A stretch of 62,332 nucleotides of DNA, filler included. It is 9 parts of 9 records of this genome, joined end to end, with 100 filler letters (N's around TTAATTAATTAA, not from the genome) between each part and the next. Parts side by side here need not be neighbours in the genome. Positions count along the whole stretch, not along the records: positions 49,856 to 56,910 come from SRR31156797_104711; positions 57,011 to 62,332 come from SRR31156797_105244; 7 more parts are not named here. The stretch is one strand, 5' to 3'. A program made the translations under genes and the position numbers. Below, piece by piece: positions 53,207 to 62,332 of this stretch. Below the pieces are notes generated by a model. It was not told the DNA's origin. It saw nothing but the letters and a program-made list of their open reading frames with translations, and searched no databases. The stretch's first letter is position 1. Each line of letters starts with the position of its first letter.

Positions 53207-54955
53207 TCAATATCCCTTTTGAACTACAAGGGTTTCAGTCAACATTTTATTTGCCGTTAGAACATTTACCAGGTACAGGCCAGGATTGAATTGGTGGGTG
53301 CTGACAATTAATTCGGCTGTTGAGCTTTCAGATTCAAACACAAGTTTTCCCATTGGATTATGGATGCTGATGTATTCTATCGTAGATGAAGCACGAATGG
53401 TAAACCAGTCTCTTGCCGGATTTGGATATATCACTAAACCGATGTTTTTATCAGTTTCATCAATTGAAGTAATATCCAGGGCCATTTTACTTGCAACCTG
53501 GTAGATTTCCCGGGTATCCATGTTTTGGAGAAAAACAACGAATTGGCAGTTTTCCGTGTCGAAATCATCTTCCATAAGAACAGGTGTGTCCCAGGTGAAA
53601 CTGTTTTGATTTAAAAAATCAATAGACTGGCCGTTGGTGGCATCCGGGAAAACTTTTCGAACAACATCATCCTGTTTATCGTTTCCCGGCGAAGGCAGGT
53701 TCGATTCGGTGAGCACCACAAAAGCCGCCAGGTTTCTGTTGCTGTTGCCATGAAGCATCTCAACGGTAGCACTTACATTCAATGTGGTTTCATCAATTTC
53801 TGATAATGCCAGGGAAACGCTGAAATTGGATGGATCGGGCACGCGCTGCTTAATATAAGGTTTGTAGTAGAAGTAGTTGTTGGGAACATAAGCTCCATAG
53901 AGTTCTCTCCAACCATCTACCCAAAGTGTCGGATATCCGCCAATGCGATACCAGGCATCGCGTTCGAGGGCTTCAGGAATTTCAAATTCATCTCCAATAT
54001 GCCAGGAAACCACCGCCAGCGTGTCGGCATATTCATCTTTCAGAAGTTCAAGGCCTTCGGCTGCATTGGAATTTGTGTTGCTCCATGTGCCGGTAAACAA
54101 CTCGGCCATCACCTTTTGGCGGGACTGCTCAGTAAATGTTATCCATTTGGCTTTGAAGTTATCCTCCGGGACTTCGTCACCTTCGAGATAGGCATAAACC
54201 GTGACATTGTACTTGCCTGGTGGCAGGTCCAGCGTATCAAACTGCGCCCATTTTGTTTCTCCCGGAGGTAAATTCCAGAATTGCACAAACGACTCATAAC
54301 CGGTGGTCCACTCGTGCATATACACCCTGAACCGGGCTGAGTCCTGCCCAAGATTAGAAACAATGGCGAAAGGGCGCAGGGATTCTGCGGGCATTACCGA
54401 TTCCATTTCAATTGATTCTACTGCAACATTTGTATGGACGGGATCTCCGGTTAGTTGAATTAGGTAATCTTCCCATTCGCCATAGGAAAAATCAGCGCAG
54501 GGATCCGTTGAGGATGGTACCTCCCAGCATGATCCAACCCTTAGCCGGTATGTTCCCGGCCTTGCATCCATCGGTAATTCAATATCACCTTCGTAAATTT
54601 GCCCCGCCTGCTCCAACTCAAGATCGGTAACGAATTTTTCGTTTGCTGAAAAGAGAGAATCACTATTCAGGTCAATCCATAAACTTACATTCTGATTGTT
54701 ATAATTGCTGCTGAACGAAGCGATATAAGTGCCACCGATTTCCACATTGGCAATCATTTCGGTAAAATCTCCGAAGCCATTGGGGCTGCAACCGCTTGAC
54801 AGGTTTTCGATACCTGCAAACATAAAACTACTGATGCCATCACCAAAAGTGCAATTGGCTGAGGGTGTGCAATAATCTGATCTTTCTGGTTGGGCTGTTA
54901 ATGTGCTTGTAAAAGAAAAAACCAGCACCAATAGCAGCAAAATAATGCGCATCAT
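53207..54955 (-). CDS. T9SS cargo protein with GEVED and Omp28-like domains
   Basis: YC..., WIDLN, YGEWEDY; ELFTGTW...GYPT...FVVFLQ; IYPNP C-terminal sorting domain. Confidence 0.8.
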   Translation of the reverse strand: MMRIILLLLVLVFSFTSTLTAQPERSDYCTPSANCTFGDGISSFMFAGIENLSSGCSPNGFGDFTEMIANVEIGGTYIASFSSNYNNQNVSLWIDLNSDSLFSANEKFVTDLELEQAGQIYEGDIELPMDARPGTYRLRVGSCWEVPSSTDPCADFSYGEWEDYLIQLTGDPVHTNVAVESIEMESVMPAESLRPFAIVSNLGQDSARFRVYMHEWTTGYESFVQFWNLPPGETKWAQFDTLDLPPGKYNVTVYAYLEGDEVPEDNFKAKWITFTEQSRQKVMAELFTGTWSNTNSNAAEGLELLKDEYADTLAVVSWHIGDEFEIPEALERDAWYRIGGYPTLWVDGWRELYGAYVPNNYFYYKPYIKQRVPDPSNFSVSLALSEIDETTLNVSATVEMLHGNSNRNLAAFVVLTESNLPSPGNDKQDDVVRKVFPDATNGQSIDFLNQNSFTWDTPVLMEDDFDTENCQFVVFLQNMDTREIYQVASKMALDITSIDETDKNIGLVIYPNPARDWFTIRASSTIEYISIHNPMGKLVFESESSTAELIVSTHQFNPGLYLVNVLTANKMLTETLVVQKGY

Positions 54956-55127
54956 ATCCGATGATTAAATCAAAAATTTACGGTAAAACTAACTGTTTTA
55001 TTTAACATTTTCTTGTGCCAAACAAGGCTAAGCATTGTAAAAACCTTTCCAGTGATCAGGCACTTAGATTAGCGTATAACATTCTGAAATAGATCCACCT
55101 TTCAAAATGGGTTCGGGATGGTATCAT

Positions 55128-55157
55128 AAAAAACCCGAAGCAAATGCTCCGGGTTTT
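55128..55157 (-). terminator. Intrinsic terminator after BACON protein gene
   Basis: AAAACCCGGAGCA-TT-TGCTTCGGGTTTTTT on the minus strand. Confidence 0.7.
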
Positions 55158-55196
55158 GCCGGCAAAGGGGCTAAGCCGGCCGATGTAATCCTCCGT

Positions 55197-56910
55197 TTAT
55201 TTGAGAATGAGTTTATGAGAAGCGTAGTTAAGGTCATTTTTGATGATCACCGTGTAGGTGCCAGGCCCGAATTGATCCAGATTGATTTGTTGCACATTGC
55301 TGTCCGGCATTGCTTTTTCGAATACCAGCTGGCCATGCATATCCATAATGCTGATGGTTGAGCCCGGCAGGAAGTCTTCGATGAAAATTGTGCCGGACGA
55401 AGGATTCGGATAAATCTGTGTCAGATCAGCAGATGTGATTTCTGTTCCGATACCTGTCTGTTTCAAATTCCGGAATACCGACATGCCGTTGTTGGCAAAT
55501 GTTCCATCCGCATTGGCCAGGTTATAATCCCAGGTAAATTCAATTTCGTTTTGCTCATTTGTTGCAGGATTATACAACCTGAATGAAATCTGCTCACCTT
55601 CTGTGAATCCATCTTTTTCAGTAGTGGTCTGGTCATCACCAAAAAGCTGGATGTAGTTGGTCGTTTCGCTGATCACGGTAATTCCATAACAATATCCCAG
55701 GAGGTCAAAAGCGCCCAGGACACTTCCTGGTTCTATACCATCGATGGCATCCGGATGAATGAATATGCTGTGGCTGGCTGGTGTTTTTTGAGGTTCGGGC
55801 CAGGCCGGGTTTGAATAACCAAATTCCTTCGGACCATTTAAGTTTGAAGCTTTGTCGCATTCAGGAAATGTAATTTCGATTTCACCTTCCGTCAAAATGT
55901 AATAGGCCATGCCGGGTTGCAAAACACCAATAGTATTGATGCCCATTTCGGGCCAGTAGATTCCATAACCGGCAATATCCTTCACCATCACCACATTGTC
56001 CACCATGGCATCAAAAAGCATTTCCAGATCCACATCGCATTCCGATATCACCGGTAACATGCTCCATCCCGCAGGAATGGTCATGGTTTTGGAAGGATAA
56101 GCACTGCCATAGATCGAAAGATATACTGCTGCATCAGTTTTGATTTTATAGGCCGAGAATTGCTCCCACATGCCGATTGTGTTCACATTCTCCGCAGGAT
56201 AATACATGCCTGTTTCACCGATTGCAATTATGAGATCATCTTCAATGCCTGAGAAAACATCCTCAACAAAAGGTGGCAGAGGTAATGCATAGCTCGACAT
56301 TCCCGACCAGCCGGCGGGCAGTGAAATGATATGTTCCACGAAAGGCTGCTGCGTAACCGGTATGATGATTTCGATGGAACCGTCTTCGGTTTCTACCACA
56401 ATCTCCCCCGACCTCACTACTCCGGTGTTGTTCATCATCACCGAAACCTGTACAACCTGGTTGCCTGCGGGTGTATCAAGATTCAGTCCCAGCCAGTCCA
56501 TATTGTCGGTAATGATCCAGGTAGTGTTGGAATACACATTCAGGAAGTTGATGCCGTTGGGTGCCAGGAAGTCGAACGCATCCGGATCAACGGACAGTTC
56601 AGGAATATCTCCATCCTGGGTGACGGTTACCACAACCGCAAGTTTTCCAGTGGTTGAAATTGTGATTTCTCCCACCCGGGTTGAGCCGGTATTGTTTTCA
56701 AGGTATGAAACTTCCAGTACGTCATCGCCGGTTCCATTGGCTGGATTTACACTTAACCAGTCAAGGGTTTCAGAAGCATCCCACGAAGTATTCGATTCGA
56801 TGTCAAACGTTGTGGTACCCGCTGCGAATCCAACATTTTGATTTACTGGTGATATCGTTAAAACAGGATTTGCACCTGATTGTGAGATGGTGGCAATCAT
56901 ATCCGGAACC
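55197..56910 (-). CDS. T9SS cargo protein with BACON repeats, 5'-truncated
   Basis: SNTSW..WL...N.G..R.G.I repeats; IYPNPS C-terminal sorting domain. Confidence 0.8.
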
Positions 56911-57138
56911 NNNNNNNNNNNNNNNNNNNNNNNNNNNNNNNNNNNNNNNNNNNNTTAATTAATTAANNNNNNNNNNNNNNNNNNNNNNNNNNNNNNNNNN
57001 NNNNNNNNNNGCCACGATTTATTACCTTCCATCGGAAGAGCTTGTCAGCGGAAATAAAATTAAAAATTTCAGCCAGCTTCAATCCGGAACACTTGTTTTC
57101 CTTCCCTCATCCTGATTGTGGACCCGACTGTGGATAAG

Positions 57139-58113
57139 ATGAAAATAATAGCCATCACCTGTTCGATTCTGGCGCTGTGCCTCTTACCACAGGAGCATAG
57201 GGCTTTCGGTCTGCAACCCGATGAAACGGAAAAATTTCGAATTGCCCTTGTACAGATGGATTCCGGCCAGGGGAAACGAAAGAATTTGGAGAAGATTAAA
57301 GCGTTTTCCGCAAAGGCCGCTGAAAACCACGCCCGTATCATCTGTTTCCCGGAATTGTCAATTACAGGATATGAGAGAACCCTCCCCATGGCTTTGGCCG
57401 AAACCATTGACGGCGAGTCGGCAAAGACCGTTTCCCGGGTTGCCCGGGAGCATCGGATCGTCATCCTCGCGGGACTTATCGAGAAAAAAAATGACAACCT
57501 GTATATCACCCAGGTTGTTGCCTTTCCCGACGGTCGGATCGGAGCTTATCGAAAAACCCATCTCGGCCGTCGTGAACGAACAGTTTTTGCCGAGGGCAAT
57601 CAACTGCCCGTGTTTTCTACAAAGGGCGCGTCGGGAAAAAGTGTCTGTTTTGCCGTGGGCATTTGTTATGACATGCATTTCCCTGGGATCGCCGCCGTCT
57701 ATTCCTCAAAAGGTGCCCAGATTATCTTCTCACCCCATGCCTCGCCCCTTGGAGGCCGCCGGAGGGTTGAGGTGTGGAACCGTTATCTCGGAGCGAGAGC
57801 CTACGACAATACCCTTTATGTGGCAGCCTGTAACCACCTGGTACGAGAAGAAACAAAGACGTTTGGCTCGGGAATCGGCATATGGGATTACACCACGGCC
57901 AAGCTGATGAAACAGTACGTTGGCGCTGATGAGACCATGATTTTTTACGACATGGACCTTGATGCGCTGACTAAAAATCGCCATGAAAAGGCCAAAACAT
58001 TTTTTTTAAAGGACAGAAGAGAAGATCTGTATTCCCGCAGCCTGGGCACTTCCCCTCCGGCAGAGGGTTTTACGGAAGAGAACAAGAATAAGGTTATTGA
58101 TATAACGGAGTAA
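57139..58113 (+). CDS. Carbon-nitrogen hydrolase (nitrilase family) with apparent signal peptide
   Basis: Triad motifs CFPEL, YRKTHL, GICYD; ARAYDN. Confidence 0.85.
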   Translation: MKIIAITCSILALCLLPQEHRAFGLQPDETEKFRIALVQMDSGQGKRKNLEKIKAFSAKAAENHARIICFPELSITGYERTLPMALAETIDGESAKTVSRVAREHRIVILAGLIEKKNDNLYITQVVAFPDGRIGAYRKTHLGRRERTVFAEGNQLPVFSTKGASGKSVCFAVGICYDMHFPGIAAVYSSKGAQIIFSPHASPLGGRRRVEVWNRYLGARAYDNTLYVAACNHLVREETKTFGSGIGIWDYTTAKLMKQYVGADETMIFYDMDLDALTKNRHEKAKTFFLKDRREDLYSRSLGTSPPAEGFTEENKNKVIDITE

Positions 58114-58361
58114 ACCCCATCGTTGCATAAGCCGGAGGGAGCCATATCCTGCGTTGCCAAGGGAGCGCTACGGCTTCACCCTTGGCGTCTTGGCTCTGGC
58201 TCCCTCCGGCTTTCCCGAAAGGGTGAAAAAATGAGAAAATGATCGTTACGTTCTGGACTGCACTTTTGGTGAAATCCAGATCATAGGGTGAATTCATTCC
58301 TTTTGTTTATCATCTCATATACGCACGATAATTTTCACATTTTTTTATGCAACGATGGGGT
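58114..58361. mobile_element. MITE-like element with 17-bp terminal inverted repeats
   Basis: ACCCCATCGTTGCATAA (58114-58130)/TTATGCAACGATGGGGT (58345-58361); internal nested hairpin; no transposase. Confidence 0.75.
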
Positions 58362-58554
58362 AGATATTCGGCCGGCTCGGTTTCCTCTTCCCCAGGTCCG
58401 TTGGCCCCGCTGATGCAAACACCGCTTGAAACACCACCTTTATTGAAATATTAGGTGTTTACTACAACGCATCGACATGTTATGTGGAAAAAGTTTTGTA
58501 TGTCTATATTTATTATAGCTTCCTATTTTTCTCTGCTTGGAAAAGGAGACGTTA

Positions 58555-58869
58555 ATGATCAACAGGTGTGGAACCACAAAAGAGATGATCGTTCAGGAAA
58601 TCGAAGATGAAGGAACCATCAAGCTCATTGCGATAGACCGTAAAGGACTTTACGTCACCACCATCGATCGCGTGGATAAAAAACTTGCCGATGTCAATCG
58701 ATACGGTGTGCTGAGAGAAAAGACCAATCAGCGATTGATTCAATTGGGAATCGATCCTCACCAGTTGTTCGAGGAGAATAGACATTTAATCCAGACGGAT
58801 GCCGACGGGAAATCAGGCGAGAAAATCTTGAACCCGCTGAAAGCTTCCAAACGTGGGGCGCGGGGATAA
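58555..58869 (+). CDS. Hypothetical protein
   Basis: AAGGAG RBS, 104 aa ORF. Confidence 0.65.
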   Translation: MINRCGTTKEMIVQEIEDEGTIKLIAIDRKGLYVTTIDRVDKKLADVNRYGVLREKTNQRLIQLGIDPHQLFEENRHLIQTDADGKSGEKILNPLKASKRGARG

Positions 58870-58940
58870 AATGCTCTTTCAAAGCAAATTCGGGTGTGTG
58901 TAGGATACGAAAATAGGATTCAAAAAGAGAGGTGGCCATT

Positions 58941-59358
58941 TTGAAAATGGTCATCAGCTGCACAGTTGTTCTTTTCCTCTTCCTCTGCACAGGAATGGTT
59001 GAGGCACAGGCTTTCGAAAAAAGGAAGATGCTATTGCCGCAGTAAAAATGGTTACAATTGGCTGATGCAGGAAAGTATGAGCAGTGCTGGCATGAGGCTG
59101 CAACCGTGTTTAAAATTCAGTTACAATAGAGCAATGGCGTAAAGCAATAAAAGCTGTTAGGGATCCCTGGACGAACTCGTATCCAGACAGATAAATAGTG
59201 CGATATACAAAACTTCAATGCCTGGTGTCCCTGACGGTGAGTATGTTGTTGTCCAGTTTGAAGCCTCCTTCAAAAACAAAGAATCCGGTATAGAAAAGGT
59301 TACACCGATGTTGGATATAAACGGTATCTGGCGTGTCGCTGGATACTATCTCAAGTAG
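58941..59358 (+). pseudogene. DUF4019-like exported protein, frameshifted
   Basis: Intact C-terminus SMPGVPDGEYVVVQFEASFKNK...VTPMLD..WRVAGYYLK; 5' part broken by several frameshifts. Confidence 0.75.
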
Positions 59359-59557
59359 GCCCCCTTCGGTGCTTGGGTAACAAACAGATGGGGGGGCTTC
59401 AAACGCATACCGGATAAATAGATCGGGCACTTTTTTATTAGACCACTGAGAACGAATACCACCTGCAGAGGTCCAGAGCCTCGATGGCTCCATAAGTGGG
59501 CAATTGAACTGCGGGTAAATCCCAGACAAATAAGGATTAACAGCTGATCTCAAGTTG

Positions 59558-60139
59558 CTAACCGCTCACTTTGCAGACCACATGGTTGTTGTTCTCTTCC
59601 ACAATGCTGAATTGCTGAACACGCGATATCTTACTTTTCGTTTCCGAACGGGGTTGATGGCCGTCTTCAATGATGACTCTGCCACTCAGGCGTATCATTC
59701 GTGCAAATTCTCTCAGCAACGTTTCCGGTTCAGAAATCATGTGGAACATATCCAGGGCATAGATAACATCCACGCTTTGGTCTTCAATCTCACATCTGTA
59801 TCCCTTTGCCAGTATGGGTTCTACATTGGGTAATGAATGCTTTTCTACCTTTTTTTTTACCTTCTGAATAGCCAGCGGGTGAATATCGACCGCATAGACC
59901 TTTCCGGAAACTCCCACCGCTTTTGATGCGTTCACCACATACCGTGCAGGGCCGCATCCATAATCCACTGCGATGTCGCCTTTTTTGATTCCCAGGGAGG
60001 CGAAATTTCTGTCAGAATGGTTTCCAAATATATCCATGAGTTTCATGATGAAGCTCATGCCTCGAAAAGCAATATCGGGGAGGTGTTCACGCTCTTTACC
60101 GGATAGCCTGTTCTCGATAGTTTCCTTTAGTGTTGCCAT
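59558..60139 (-). CDS. Class I SAM-dependent methyltransferase
   Basis: VDYGCGP, YAVDIHP, DMFH. Confidence 0.85.
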   Translation of the reverse strand: MATLKETIENRLSGKEREHLPDIAFRGMSFIMKLMDIFGNHSDRNFASLGIKKGDIAVDYGCGPARYVVNASKAVGVSGKVYAVDIHPLAIQKVKKKVEKHSLPNVEPILAKGYRCEIEDQSVDVIYALDMFHMISEPETLLREFARMIRLSGRVIIEDGHQPRSETKSKISRVQQFSIVEENNNHVVCKVSG

Positions 60140-60561
60140 TTGATGTTTGTCCTTTCTGTTTTACAATGCTTTTTTTATGGGAAGTTCACCGCAAAGCATA
60201 CGCCACGAGGCATCGCTAATATTTCGCTGAATTTTTTAACCGGGAGGTGCGCATTGGCAGTAATTGAAGATGAGAAAATCAATAACCCGTGCAATTCAAT
60301 TTCACATCACCTCAATTTTGCACGAGTCGGCTTTCATCTGACTTTTAATGCATGATTCAGATATAAAAAGAAAGCAAATATTTTGTGGCTTGCCAAGAGA
60401 AGCCGCTTCCTTCCCGGGCAGAAAATTCCCTGTTACTGTTAACCTGCCGTAGTCATTGTCTCGATCCGCATCACATTTAAAAAGTGGGTTGACATATGCA
60501 TCTTCACGCTGTAATAAAGAACTCTTTATCATTAGACAATTCTAATATCAAGAGTAAGTTC

Positions 60562-60649
60562 TTACGGCTGCCGGTCGACGTACGACGCGGCGTGAAGTGA
60601 AGGCGCGGGTTGAATTGCAGGGTGCTGCAGTTCAGTCGCGCTTTTTTTT
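60562..60649 (+). promoter_or_regulatory. Structured leader or sRNA ending in an intrinsic terminator upstream of the ATPase
   Basis: Hairpin 60570-60591; long stem 60603-60641 followed by T8. Confidence 0.55.
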
Positions 60650-60700
60650 CGCATACAGTTGGGCGGCACAGAGCCATACGCCGGAGTAGATTGGAGATGT

Positions 60701-61684
60701 ATGAAACCTTCCCGTATTACAAAAACCCTGAAAACACTCACCGATATTCACCAGCCCGTATTCGTTTGGGGGGCGCCCGGCATTGGCAAGAGCCAGGTTG
60801 TCGCCCAGGTGGCCGAACAGCAGCGGTTACCCCTTATAGATGTCAGGGCCGTGCTGCTGGATCCAGTGGATCTAAGGGGCCTTCCTCATATCGATGAGAA
60901 AAATCGGGCCAGTTGGTGTCCACCGGATTTTTTGCCCGGGGAAGGCAAGGGCATTCTCTTTCTCGATGAATTGAATGCCGCGCCCCCGTTGGTACAGGCG
61001 GCCTGCTATCAACTAGTGCTTGATCGACGATTGGGTGAATATCAGCTTCCCGAAGGCTGGAGCATCGTTGCAGCCGGCAACCGGGAGACGGATCGGGCCG
61101 TTACCCACCGCATGCCATCGGCTTTGGCCAACCGTTTCGTTCATCTGAATTTCGATGTGGATGCAAAAGAGTGGCTGGACTGGGCAGAAGAGGAGGGGAT
61201 CGCATCGGAAGTGATTGCCTTTGTTCGCTTCCGGCCGCAATTGCTGCATGCCTTCGATCCCCAAAAAGATGACAAAGCCTTTCCAACGCCCCGTTCATGG
61301 GAATTCGTTTCCCGCATCATGCATCAAAAAAGGCGTTTGGTGCCCGACCTGGAATTCATCGCCGGCGTTGTGGGAGAGGGGGCGGCAGTTGAGTTCTGCG
61401 GCTTTTTGAGGATCTATCACAATCTTCCCGACCCGGAAACCTTGCTTGAAAGCCCCGAAACAGCATTGGTTCCAGAAGATCCGGCCATCCTGTATGCGGT
61501 GTGTGAACTGCTTTCCCAAAAGACAGATCTAACCAATCTGCCGCAGATAATGACCTACGCCAACCGGTTGCCTCCGGAGTTCAGCGTGCTTCTCATTCGT
61601 GATGCGGCAAAGAGTAACAGCGCAATTGTTCAAACATCGGAGTTCAATGAATGGGCCGTAGCCCACGCCGACGTTTTAATCTAA
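60701..61684 (+). CDS. MoxR-like AAA+ ATPase
   Basis: WGAPGIGKS, DLRGLP, FLDELN, AAGNR, ALANRF, FPTPRSW. Confidence 0.9.
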   Translation: MKPSRITKTLKTLTDIHQPVFVWGAPGIGKSQVVAQVAEQQRLPLIDVRAVLLDPVDLRGLPHIDEKNRASWCPPDFLPGEGKGILFLDELNAAPPLVQAACYQLVLDRRLGEYQLPEGWSIVAAGNRETDRAVTHRMPSALANRFVHLNFDVDAKEWLDWAEEEGIASEVIAFVRFRPQLLHAFDPQKDDKAFPTPRSWEFVSRIMHQKRRLVPDLEFIAGVVGEGAAVEFCGFLRIYHNLPDPETLLESPETALVPEDPAILYAVCELLSQKTDLTNLPQIMTYANRLPPEFSVLLIRDAAKSNSAIVQTSEFNEWAVAHADVLI

Positions 61685-61694
61685 GAACGCCTTT

Positions 61695-61782
61695 ATGAGA
61701 ATGGTTTTAGGCTGCGTTATCTGTCGTCGCGGTATAGCGGCATACAGCTTTCTCCCTTAGGCCTTGCCAAAACCATTCTCAT
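61695..61782. repeat. Short palindromic intergenic element
   Basis: 14-bp inverted repeat ATGAGAATGGTTTT/AAAACCATTCTCAT enclosing about 60 nt. Confidence 0.65.
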
Positions 61783-61802
61783 GAAACCTCAAAAAATAAA
61801 AT

Positions 61803-62332
61803 ATGGATAAAGACGCTTACAAAAAAGTGATTCGTGCACGGGCCGGGCTGGTATTGGATCACCCCTTCTTCGGGCACCTGGCATTACAGATGAAGATCGT
61901 GGAGGATAAAAAGTGTGATACATCCTGGTCTGACGGAAAGATGCTGGCGTACAATCCCCAGTACATTTCTGTCCTTTCATCTGAAAAGGTGATGGGCATG
62001 ATGGGCCATGTGGTCATGCATCCGGCCTGCCGCCATCACTTGCGGCGAAATGGGCGCGATCCCGGTTTATGGAACATGGCCTGCGATCATGCCATTAACT
62101 GGATTCTTATAGAGGCCGGGTTGACGCTGCCTGACGGCTATATGGATGATCCAGCGTTTCGAGGAAAGACCGCCGATGAGATATATTCCCGCCTGAAAGA
62201 AGAACGGTCCGGAAAAAAAACCGAATTTTTCACCAATACGAACGAAAAGCGATCCTCGCACGATGGTGATCCCATTGATCTTCCCGATGATGCTGATAAA
62301 TCAGGAAAACAACAAATCCAGATAGAACCAAA
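61803..62332 (+). CDS. DUF2201-like putative metallopeptidase/VWA partner, partial
   Basis: Hand translation: ARAGLVLDHPFFGHL...DGK..YNP...HVVMH...RRNGRDPGLWNMACDHAIN; runs off window. Confidence 0.82.
   Translation, partial: MDKDAYKKVIRARAGLVLDHPFFGHLALQMKIVEDKKCDTSWSDGKMLAYNPQYISVLSSEKVMGMMGHVVMHPACRHHLRRNGRDPGLWNMACDHAINWILIEAGLTLPDGYMDDPAFRGKTADEIYSRLKEERSGKKTEFFTNTNEKRSSHDGDPIDLPDDADKSGKQQIQIEP

Noticed and set aside
59500-59570. attC-like site after the methyltransferase
   Set aside because: No matching RYYYAAC/GTTRRRY pair with an imperfect palindrome.
60288-60324. CGTGCAA...TTGCACG inverted repeat
   Set aside because: Only 7 bp with a long spacer; could be chance.
1-62332. CRISPR arrays, tRNA and rRNA genes, stop-codon recoding
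   Set aside because: None seen by eye; tRNAscan-SE and CRISPR finders were not run.

Overview
This window is not one locus. It is nine unrelated contigs joined by 100-nt N-linkers carrying TTAATTAATTAA, so gene neighbourhood is meaningful only within a contig. Taxonomic labels below are inferred from gene content. (1) 1-5101: decayed prophage head/packaging module (gpA terminase, gpW, portal, protease/scaffold, cement, Mu gpT-like capsid) with an inserted BrnT/BrnA pair and three apparent microhomology-bounded deletions. (2) 5202-13024: Desulfobacterales-like aromatic amino acid operon using the archaeal-type ADH synthase/DHQ synthase II route. It is preceded by an unannotated Phe/Tyr-rich leader peptide with a complete attenuator structure (the strongest finding) and followed by an rRNA-operon-like promoter and boxA. 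(3) 13125-20733: sugar/polyol catabolic cluster plus truC-like gene. (4) 20834-26225: planctomycete-like multidomain Ser/Thr kinase and SppA. (5) 26326-31951: Csd6-like and Csd4-like peptidoglycan enzymes, mtaB, sfsA. (6) 32052-43676: alphaproteobacterial dusB-ntrBC-ntrYX, ispDF, cutA, HemY-type oxidase. (7) 43777-49755: RTX/cadherin-like protein, xylB, DUF2937-like, caspase. (8) 49856-56910: Bacteroidota LytS/LytTR pair and T9SS cargo. (9) 57011-62332: nitrilase, MITE-like elements, DUF4019 pseudogene, methyltransferase, structured leader, MoxR-like ATPase and DUF2201-like partner. All product calls come from motif recognition by eye; no database searches were run.
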